Translations under genes and position numbers: made by a program
Assembly (NCBI GenBank): GCA_000004985.1
Contig: GG738892.1
DNA from: Naegleria gruberi
Taxonomy: Eukaryota
Reading direction: 5' to 3' (one strand)
DNA: 64,000 nt
In this document: positions 12,810-21,638 of the stretch, in pieces
Layout of the letters: every line of letters begins with the position of its first letter
Numbering within the stretch: the first letter of the stretch is position 1
Notes under the pieces: generated by a model
What the model was told of the DNA's origin: nothing
Seen by the model: only the letters and a program-made list of their open reading frames with translations
Databases searched by the model: none

Positions 12810-13331
12810 ATGGAACAACATCAAATGTTGCAGAATTTGTTGAAGGAGAAGAAGAATCTCTCATCAACAACAGCACACGCCTTGAATTCATATAGAAAAG
12901 TATTATATGTTGGAAATTTATCACAACAAGTCACTAGAGATGTATTATACAATTTATTTATTCCATTCGGAGAAGTATTGGAAGTAACAGTGCCTGTTAA
13001 TCAAGTCAACAAGGAGGAAAAGGGATTTTCAGGTGCAAATACTAAACATCGTGGATATGCTTTTGTAGAATTTGAACTTCCAGAGGATGCCACAGATGCT
13101 CTAGAGAATTTAAATAATGGTGAATTATTTGGAAGAATTATAACAGTTAATTATTCAAAAGCTACAAATCTTTCCAGAGAAGCCTTTTCTGATCTCAATG
13201 TTCCACTGTGGAGTTTGAATGAATCATCTGAATCAAATAATAATAATACTGAATCATCGAGTGATAGCAATGAACCTAATGTTGCAGTTTTGGAAACAGA
13301 ACCATCTTTAAAAAAGACTAAACTTTCATAA
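12810..13331 (+). CDS. Stand-alone RRM protein resembling the N-terminal RRM of peptidyl-prolyl isomerase E (PPIE/Cyp33), with no cyclophilin domain.
   Basis: The 173-aa ORF contains VLYVGNLSQQVTRDVLYNLFIPFGEV...KHRGYAFVEFELPEDATDALENLNNGELFGRIITVNYSKA, which parallels human PPIE VLYVGGL...FIPFGDI...[40 protein letters not shown]. The C-terminus is an acidic, Ser-rich tail. Confidence 0.65.
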   Translation: MEQHQMLQNLLKEKKNLSSTTAHALNSYRKVLYVGNLSQQVTRDVLYNLFIPFGEVLEVTVPVNQVNKEEKGFSGANTKHRGYAFVEFELPEDATDALENLNNGELFGRIITVNYSKATNLSREAFSDLNVPLWSLNESSESNNNNTESSSDSNEPNVAVLETEPSLKKTKLS

Positions 13332-13422
13332 AATAGACCTTTTTAAATTTCCATTATTCTTGTCAACTGAGGAACAAGCCTTTTTTCAATTAAAATTAAA
13401 AATCCAAAAAAAAGAAGAAAAA

Positions 13423-15467
13423 ATGTGGATACTCGAACCGTTTGTTTCTTCATCACAAATTGCTTCGAATGCAGCAGGATCAAATTTACAAATTGTATAT
13501 ATGGTTCCGAATAGATCCTACATTGTTGGAAGAAAGCGTATGTTTATTTTCTGAGAAGAAGTAAAATTTAATAATTTGATGATGATAATAGGAGATGAAT
13601 GTGAAGTATTTGTGGATAATGATAAAAGTATTTCGAGGAAACATGCTGTGATCACTGTGGATGATTTATCCAATATCAAACAAGCATTGATTCAATTTTC
13701 TGATGATCCGATCATCAAGCCTAAACTATCAGTGGAAGACTTTTCAAAATATGGAACATTTGTTGTGAAAGGAACTGGTTCTCCAGAGAAATTAACTACA
13801 AATACCAAGACTGATCTTGATGGAAATTGGAGAATTAGATTTGGAGTTTATCAGTCAATTTATATGTATGTATAATGCAAAAATTTGCAATTTAACTTTG
13901 GAAATAGGATAAAACATGAACTGATGATTTTCTGCGTATCTAGATTAAACGAACAAGATAGAAAGAAACTGGCAACACAATGCAAGACCATTGATGCCAA
14001 ATATGCGACATGTTGGCATCACCAATGTACTCATTTAATTGTTGACGAGAAGGATTGTATTATTACTGAAAAAATTGGACTGGCATTGTGCTTAGGTATT
14101 CCTATTGTGACAATGGAATATGTCAATCAATTAGAAAAGTGTCTCACCACTAATCTTAGACAAACAGTTGAGCTACCAAACATTGAAAATTACTATGCTT
14201 CTGCTGAAAATTTTAACTGGAAAGCTTATGGATTGACATCAGCTCCTGATTTTAAACCAAATCCAAATAGGAAACAATTATTTTTTAATAAGCATTTCTC
14301 GACTATGAGTGTTGAAATGGTAAGTCTTTACTCAATACATTATATGAACTTTGAAAAGTGTCAAAAAATAATGCCAATAATTGAAAGTGCTGGTGGAACT
14401 ATTGATAATTCTGAAGAACAAATCGATGAAAAATTTGTTAATAATTACCTATCATGTCCACAGTTCGATTGTATTATAATTGTAGGTTTCATTCCTTTTA
14501 CATATTCTAAATATTTCAGGAAAATATGATAGACCCAGAAACGCTTGAAAAACTCAAATATTATGGATTCCAGTTATTTGATGAAAAGGCTATTATGGCT
14601 GCCATTCTTTTAGGTGATGCATCTAACTTGAAAACAGTTAAATTACCTAGTATTCCAGAACCTCCAAAACCATCTCCTAAAAAAGGTGTTAATGTTATGA
14701 GTGATGAAGATAGAACAGACGATGAGTTGGAAATGCCAGAAAATAACAATATTTCGTTCGAAAAGAGCCAAGAACAGAAACCTCAAGTGGAAGAGAACTT
14801 TGAGCCACCATCAAAGAAAACTAAACCTAACGAAAAAACTCAAGAAATAGAAAAACCGAAAGTAAAGGAAGAACCAAAGAAAGGTGGAGGAATTGAAATA
14901 CCTCTTTCTTTGGCAGACGATTACGAAATGGAAGAGCCAAAGAAAATTACTCCCAAGAAGGAAATCAAAATTGAAAAAAAGGAAGTTAAGAGAGAAAAAG
15001 TTGTTAAACCAACATTTGATCCTGATGAACCAACAATAACTGTAGAGTATATCGATTTGATTAAGGTTAAAGAGGAAAATAAGCCCTCACAAACTCCAAA
15101 TTCAAATTACCCACAGAATGGCTATAATGCTAAACGATTTAGAAAAGTTATATATGATGGGTCAACAATTTCTAAAGGTTTGAATGTAAATTTGGTTGCA
15201 AATTCTTCGTTGGTCGAAGACTCTGTCAATTTCGATGCTGACCTATCAACACCAACCAAACCTAAAGAAATCAAATTGGTTGCAAAAACTGAAACCATTC
15301 CAACATTGGAAAAGAAAGAAACCAAGAAGAATTCTCAGAAAAAGGAATCACAGAAAAAAGAAACTCCTCCAAAGAAAGAGTCTAACATTTTGGATGCAAT
15401 TGGGCTTGATGATGATGAAGATGATGACGATGATGAACCAACACTTCTTGGAGTAAGGAAAAGATAA
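13423..15467 (+). CDS. NBN: Nibrin/NBS1 homolog (FHA + BRCT, MRN complex subunit), 4-5 exons.
   Basis: Exons are 13423..13537, 13592..13865, 13908..14319, an optional 14359..14481 (after a possible 39-nt intron) and 14520..15467. The FHA core spans the first intron (YIVGRKR|DECEVFVDNDKSISRKHAVIT; human [25 protein letters not shown]). The BRCT domain follows (MIFCVSRLNEQDRKKLATQCKTIDAKYATCWHHQCTHLIVDEK). The C-terminus carries a KRFRKVIY motif, like human FKKFKKVTY (Mre11 binding), and ends acidic then basic (DDDEDDDDDEPTLLGVRKR), like the ATM-binding tail. Confidence 0.7.
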
Positions 15468-15470
15468 AAT

Positions 15471-16895
15471 TTATCTATTTAAATTGAAAAATTTAGATAA
15501 GGAATCAATGGTCCTTCTTCTATTCTTCTTCTTGATTACTTCATCCAGAGAGGATTCATCGTAGTCATCCTCATCTATCAGCTCTGAATGTTTTAGAGGA
15601 GAATATAATGCTTCAGCTGCCGAAACACTTCTCTTATCTCTTGTATTTCTAGAGGTGTCACTGACAATTTCCATCTTCTTAAAATCGGCAATATCTCTTA
15701 TCGACTTTCTATGAACCATCTTGATTTCTTCTGGACTAACATCATATGTCTTGAGTTCCTTAATCGACTTTACATTGACAGAATAGAAATGGAATTTTAA
15801 GGTATCATCAGAATCCTTTCCTCCCAAAAAGAAAACTTCTCCTGTTTCTTCACAATAAACAGCACTCATTCCTACAAGTTTTGGTAGGTGACTTCCAAAG
15901 AATAGATCAGTAATTCTATACCATTTTCTTTCTAAAATTTGATACATATAAATATGGGAATCAAAGTCATTATTACGCAAAATGTTCGACCCTCCAGCCA
16001 AGATGATTGCAGAATCCTTGGCAAGTGTTGTACAATGTGAAGCTCTTGCAGATGGCACTACAGTATTATCCTTTGAGAGTAATGGCCTAGACCATTCCAT
16101 AGTGTCCATATCAAGAACATAAAGAGCATTGGTGGCACTTTGTCTTTCATTTTCTTCGTCCGCTGTCAAACCACCGAATATATACACCAAATTTTGAACT
16201 ACATTACAGGTGAAACAACACAATCTGTTTGGAACTTGATTATGTGTTTCATTTTGATTTGTCTTATCTACTAATGTTACATATTTTCTCATATCTACAT
16301 TTCCTTTCGTTTCTACAACCATCCATTGATTGCTTGCAATATTATATGCATAGAGCCCAGAGAAATAAACTTGCTTTCCTTGACATCCACCATACAAATA
16401 AATATTACCCTTATAATGCCACATTTGACCACCTGAATCTAGATTAGTTCATCAAAATTCGAATTATAAACAACATACCAGCTCTAGGATCTGGACACAA
16501 TCCGTTAGTTTCAATGTGAGTCCATGAAAGAGTTTCAGTATCGAAATAATACATTCCATTATATACTGTATGATTAGATTGAGGCGTTGCTTGAGAATAA
16601 CCTCCAAATACATAAATCCTTGATCCAACGATACAAGAAGCAGTCAAGGCACGAAGAGTTGGAGCTTTACCCGAAGGTTTTTCAATTTCGGTCCAAACCT
16701 TATTGACCATATCGAATATATATACTGAATTAATTTTAGTGCTATTAATGGGTCTTTGGCCAAGAAGGACATAAAACTAACATCATAAGAGAGAATGAAA
16801 GCAACCAAACCTACCTTTGATCCAATTACCCCAGAGACATGGTAGCATAAACCACCTGTATGATTGCCTTTAGATTGAACTTCATATATTTTCAT
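15471..16895 (-). CDS. Kelch-repeat (beta-propeller) protein with a disordered basic C-terminal tail, 3 exons.
   Basis: Minus-strand exons are 16815..16895, 16479..16776 and 15471..16438, with introns of 38 and 40 nt (GTAGGT and GTATGT donors). The protein shows repeated kelch-blade signatures (GGLCYHVSGVIGSK|FYVLLGQ, IYVFGG, IYLYGG, VYIFGG, FFLGG) and W-containing strands. Its stop codon lies 3 bp from the NBS1 stop codon. Confidence 0.7.
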
Positions 16896-17717
16896 TTTTT
16901 TCTATTCTTAATTGAATTATAAATACAAATGGAGCGTGATGTTGCTTATCACTCTGAAAAAGTAAACTTCTCTACAAGTTTTTTGTAGTGTGGTTGATTG
17001 CTGCTGAAGATAATAGGAGAGATAGACGACCCGATCTTTTTGAAATACCTTGATGGTTTTGTTTGTTTTTTTATGAAGAGTTGTTTTCTTTTAAAAACAG
17101 GAGAGAATAATCCATTCATTGTTTGTGTAATTTGGTCCCTTAAGAACTTGAAGAAAACAAAGCGTCATTTTGATCCACAGCACGGTTGGTTTATTAAGAT
17201 TGTCTTGTGAAAATCAAAAGATGCTTTTTGGCATTTACTGTTCCAATTGAGGAACCGTTATGATGAATTCACAGCAAGCCAAGGTGACACAAGTTGATGT
17301 GTTAGAAACAAGTTGTCAATGAGAGATATGTGGTTATTGATGGTCATGAAAAAGTCTTTATTAAGGTAAACGCAATACCCTTCACAATAGCTGTATAACT
17401 TCATTGGAAATACATTGTATTATAAAAACAATAAGGTAGTGACACCCTTATTATGTTGACTTGTTATGTTTTCCTGACAACTACAAATGTATGTGCATGT
17501 ATTTTGAAGGAATATCAATACCAAATATCACCATCACATGATCAACACTGCTCACCACAGTAACAATTCTCTTGTTTACAAAACAACTGACAGACCAACA
17601 ACACTTATAGTTAGTGGCCAGACCTATTAACATAATACCAATAACCACTTTACATCATAAATGTCAATCTGCAATTGATTCTCGGAAGTTGTGTTCGGAA
17701 GCAATTTATTATAAAAA

Positions 17718-18293
17718 ATGTCTTCTAGTACTGATCAAACACTTCTGACTCCTGTTCAAGGAGGTGCAACAGGACCAACATGTTTGGAAAATACAAAATA
17801 CAAATGGACTCAAGATATTACTTCTATCATGATTGTTATTCCTTTTGAAAATCCTATCACCACCAAGACAGTGAAAGTTAATTTTGAAAAGAAATCTATC
17901 AAGGTTACAGTTGTCGGAATTGAACAACCAATTATTCAAGGAAAATTATGTAAAGAAGTTGATGAAGATGAATGTTATTGGCAAATTGAGGATAAAAAGG
18001 AATTAATTATTAATTTACAAAAAGTTGTTGGAATTTGGTGGGATTACGTGATTGAAGGACATCCTAAAATTAATACATCAGTGATTGATCCTCCTCAAGC
18101 AAGTATGTCTGATTTAAATCCAGAGATGAGATCTACTGTTGAAAAGATGTTATTCGATCAAGCAGCAAAAGCAACAGGAGGTAAAACATCAGAAGATAGA
18201 ATCAGAGAAGAAAATATTCGTAAACTCAAGGGTATGCATCCAAATATTGATTTTTCTGGAATGGATTTTAGCAAGGCACAATTTAACATGTAA
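17718..18293 (+). CDS. CS-domain / NudC-family protein.
   Basis: The 191-aa ORF has a p23/CS-like beta-sandwich (YKWTQDITSIMIVIPF...VKVNFEKKSIKV...ECYWQIEDKKELIINLQK). Its C-terminus resembles the NudC tail (EMRSTVEKMLFDQAAKATGGKTSEDRIREENIRKLKGMHPNIDFSGMDFSKAQFN). Confidence 0.6.
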   Translation: MSSSTDQTLLTPVQGGATGPTCLENTKYKWTQDITSIMIVIPFENPITTKTVKVNFEKKSIKVTVVGIEQPIIQGKLCKEVDEDECYWQIEDKKELIINLQKVVGIWWDYVIEGHPKINTSVIDPPQASMSDLNPEMRSTVEKMLFDQAAKATGGKTSEDRIREENIRKLKGMHPNIDFSGMDFSKAQFNM

Positions 18294-18368
18294 ATTTTGT
18301 TGTAATAAATTAAATGTAAATAATAATTAGTTTTGTGTATTAAAATACAAGTTTGTGATAGGTGTCAA

Positions 18369-19070
18369 TTACAACTTGATCCTCTTCAAATCTTGTCCTA
18401 TTTCTTCAGAGCTTAGGCCGAAATTCATGCCTTCCACAGAGCAAGGTATTCTCTTTTTCTTACTGTAAGTCTCATAGGACATGTTAATGACATTGGACCA
18501 TTTTTCACCATTTCCATAAGAGCTATTGTTGGCTCCACTTCTTCTATTTCTTGTGAGTTTTCTTCCAGGTTTTTTATCATCTTCGGTTTGAGTTGGTTCA
18601 TTCTCTCTTCTAACTGTACCAAATTGAATCAAATCATTCAACCGTTTCTCTTCCTTTTGAGTTTGAATTAACAAATTTTCATTATAATTGTTAATATCAT
18701 TTTCAAAATCTGATTTGGCTTGTTGAATATCACTACTATATATTTCTTCAATGTTTTTCATTTGCATCTCCTTGTATCTGAGAGCAAGTAATAATTTCTT
18801 TTCCTTTAAATTTTCAAACAATGTGATTTGTTCAGAATATCCAGGAACACTTTCACGAAGTGCCTTGTCTTGGTTTGGATCATCCCTTTTTGCCAAAATT
18901 TTTATTCTTTCTTGTATTGTTTTCAATTGACGTAAGAGTTCTGGATCTGTTTCATTCTTATTTTCTTCCTCTTCCACAGTGGTTTTTCTGATAAATTTTC
19001 GTCTTCCTGGTTGGGCTTCTTCCGTCAAGGTTGATGATGATGTATTGTTTTGATTTGTTTCTTCAGTCAT
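18369..19070 (-). CDS. Possible Sds3/BRMS1-like coiled-coil protein (Sin3-HDAC corepressor subunit family). The assignment is weak.
   Basis: The 233-aa ORF has an acidic N-terminus, a long coiled-coil segment (LLRQLKTIQERIKILAKR...LRYKEMQMKNIEEIYSSDIQQAKSDFENDI...KEEKRLNDL) and a basic C-terminal region. This is the general layout of the Sds3-like domain. No motif-level proof is available. Confidence 0.35.
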   Translation of the reverse strand: MTEETNQNNTSSSTLTEEAQPGRRKFIRKTTVEEEENKNETDPELLRQLKTIQERIKILAKRDDPNQDKALRESVPGYSEQITLFENLKEKKLLLALRYKEMQMKNIEEIYSSDIQQAKSDFENDINNYNENLLIQTQKEEKRLNDLIQFGTVRRENEPTQTEDDKKPGRKLTRNRRSGANNSSYGNGEKWSNVINMSYETYSKKKRIPCSVEGMNFGLSSEEIGQDLKRIKL

Positions 19071-19470
19071 TTTTTTTGTATCACAAATTTTTAACCGCCA
19101 AATTTTTAATAGGCTGCCAGCACAAGAATTAAGCTTAGAGCATCGTCATTTTGAATTAATTAATATTTTAATAATAATTAATTCCAATAATTGACTCTGA
19201 GATCGAGATGAATTCAAGAAAAGACTCTATTACGTTTATTCTGGTTGATTTTATAAACAGGAAAGTTCTGTTTTAATTACGCCCAACAAGATCAATTCAA
19301 ACTAACGCACAGGAATTGCTCAAGATTGAAAGAAGGATTTTATTGAGGTCAAAGTAGTTAGACTTCGTAAAGAGACAAGCCATTCAGTTAAAACGTTTTT
19401 CTGTTTCGTAGGTCATCGATGCTTTCATTCCAAGATAAGGTCAAAATAATATTCATTCCTAACCAATAAA

Positions 19471-20577
19471 CTATTCTAAATTTCCTTTAAAATTTTCCAA
19501 ATCATTAACTAGTGAATTCCTTATTGGATCATATACTTTTGATATTTCTTCCCAATCACTGTATTTTTCCTCTCTCTGAAAAATGTCATTAAAATACATG
19601 TCACAAACATGCCAATCCACTATTTTTCCATGATTAGCAATCTGCTTTGCGTAATGACAAATACGAAGTGTGTGAATAACTCGTTTCTTAGCTTTGAATA
19701 TGTCAACTTCTGGAGGATCCCAACCCCATTCGTGTTCATAGAGTCCTTTACAAAATTTCCATACCATGCTAGAGAATGGATTGAATGAATCAATGATTGA
19801 TTTTGGATCAATTCGATTTTTCATTTCTGGAAATTCCTCTGATAATTTAAAGGATTGTTGAATGATAAATCGTTGATATTCTTCACTCTGCTCGAGTAAA
19901 AGAGCCAACAATTCATTGAATTTGTTCTTTTTCAATTGATTTAAAAACTGTTGTTTCGAATAAATTGAAATATCCAATTCATATTTGGGTATTTTCGAAA
20001 AGGCATAGGTTACATCCCCAGTTTTCAGATTCTTCTTTTTAATAATTGATTGAGAAATCTGTTCCACACTTGTATCATCAATAATATTGCAATTAGGATT
20101 ATTATTGCTTAATAAACCCCTTCCTTTCAAATATCTTGGTAATAAAGAATCAAATGTTTCAGTACAATAATTGTCCTTCTGATTGGTAATAAAGAGCAAA
20201 TGTTCAGGCTCCTCTTCAAAATCATAAATCATCAATAAATCATAATCACTTCCTCCATTCACTTTATAGACATCTGTACAAGGTTTTCCGTACAATCGAC
20301 TTCCATACACATAAACATTTAAAATCCTATCCTTCTCCAACAAGCCATCAAATTCATCAACAATTTTTGGAACATCCAAGGTGTCATTCTTCATCAAATC
20401 CAACAAGTACTGTTTGTTTTGGCTACATCCGATTGTATCCTTTTCAAATTCACACATTTTTTCATGATGAACTTTTGCTGATTTACCACACGAAAATGCA
20501 CGATAACCATTTTTCAAAGCATTGAAAGTGTTAGGGCGTAATGTCTGGCACTTGGTGATGGAAAAGGATTTAAACAT
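19471..20577 (-). CDS. Uncharacterised protein with a Pol-beta-superfamily nucleotidyltransferase fold signature (GS...[DE]h[DE]h) and an N-terminal mitochondrial-presequence-like region.
   Basis: The 368-aa ORF contains VYVYGSRLYGKPCTDVYKVNGGSDYDLLMIY, a GS-x(n)-SDYDL minimal NTase motif, with a candidate third acidic residue in NIIDDTS. The N-terminus MFKSFSITKCQTLRPNTFNALKNGYRAFSCGKSAKV is basic, hydroxylated and lacks acidic residues. The rest has no obvious homology. Confidence 0.35.
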   Translation of the reverse strand: MFKSFSITKCQTLRPNTFNALKNGYRAFSCGKSAKVHHEKMCEFEKDTIGCSQNKQYLLDLMKNDTLDVPKIVDEFDGLLEKDRILNVYVYGSRLYGKPCTDVYKVNGGSDYDLLMIYDFEEEPEHLLFITNQKDNYCTETFDSLLPRYLKGRGLLSNNNPNCNIIDDTSVEQISQSIIKKKNLKTGDVTYAFSKIPKYELDISIYSKQQFLNQLKKNKFNELLALLLEQSEEYQRFIIQQSFKLSEEFPEMKNRIDPKSIIDSFNPFSSMVWKFCKGLYEHEWGWDPPEVDIFKAKKRVIHTLRICHYAKQIANHGKIVDWHVCDMYFNDIFQREEKYSDWEEISKVYDPIRNSLVNDLENFKGNLE

Positions 20578-20741
20578 TTTTTAATTTAATCATTTTGATA
20601 GGTTATTCAATCAGCTTAAACGAATCAGTTCATCACAATTCAAAAACCGTCACTCCACTGAAACAAATTACATAGTAAAAAAGAATAATTAATAATTATT
20701 ATAATTAAAAACAATTTGGATTGAATATTTTATTATTCAAT

Positions 20742-21086
20742 TTACAACTTGTTCCATGAGTCAATTTCGCATGAAGAAACACCTTCCATGACAGCTTCTT
20801 CTTCTTCTTCATTGTAGAAGAGGGAGACAACTCTATCCAAAGGAACAGCATCATCATTGTGGATGGTGGCAATAACCTTGAGCATCTTCAAACCATAAGC
20901 CATTTCTTCTCTTCTGATTTCACCCCATTCCAAGAATTCAATGTTGACATCTCTGATTCTCTTTTCCAAGTCAGTCAAATGTTGGTCCATTCTGACGGCC
21001 ATTTGTTCAGCGGTTTCATCATCAACATCTGGAAGATCTGGTTTGACGGAGAGGATCAATTGGGACTTGGTAATCTTTGGAGCCAT
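20742..21086 (-). CDS. Elongation factor 1-beta/delta guanine-nucleotide-exchange domain protein. It is a stand-alone GEF domain of 114 aa.
   Basis: KSQLILSVKPDLPDVDDETAEQM...LEWGEIRREEMAYGLKMLKVIATIHNDDAVPLDRVVSLFYN...SWNKL parallels the EF1B C-terminal domain (KSSILLDVKPWDDETDM...[29 protein letters not shown]...AAFNKI). No upstream coding exon is evident. Confidence 0.65.
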   Translation of the reverse strand: MAPKITKSQLILSVKPDLPDVDDETAEQMAVRMDQHLTDLEKRIRDVNIEFLEWGEIRREEMAYGLKMLKVIATIHNDDAVPLDRVVSLFYNEEEEEAVMEGVSSCEIDSWNKL

Positions 21087-21638
21087 TTTAGTTTGTGGTT
21101 TTTTTTCAGAGAAAAATTACGAACGACTACCGATATTTTACAAAAGCCACGCATGTTGTTGGCTGCTTCAACAACAATAATGAAGGAAGATGAATATTCG
21201 CTGGCTAAAAGAGAAAACTTTGTAAAGTGGTGACCACTTCGATAGGTGGTTGACCAGGATTGATAGTCGATTTTCCAAAACGAAACTACTACCAACATCA
21301 GAAATTATCTCTTCTAGACTGTTTTATTGTATAATCTTGCAAGTAAGGTAAATGCTCAACTTTGAGAATATTATTATTCACAGAGAAATAACATCATGCA
21401 GATTTTTGCAGATATTTACGTCTGTTGTTAAAATAACAATGGAACACTGCGAAGAAAACTCCTGATACACCAATAGACTTCTTTTTGCCTTCCACATTAA
21501 AAATCACTTGAAAAAAAATTCCTTCTCCGTTACCGTAGGCTTCTCTCCTTCACACCCCTTGTGTGATCAAAATTTATTTATTTTCGGATACTCTCTCAAG
21601 TGTATATAAATTATTATTATTATCAAATTTAGAGGAAT

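Noticed and set aside
16896-17717. An 820-bp gene-free stretch between the kelch gene and the NudC-like gene, inspected for ncRNA or mobile-element features.
   Set aside because: It has no inverted or terminal repeats, no tRNA/snRNA-like structure and no long ORF. It is most simply an intergenic promoter region, and I could not support any specific feature.
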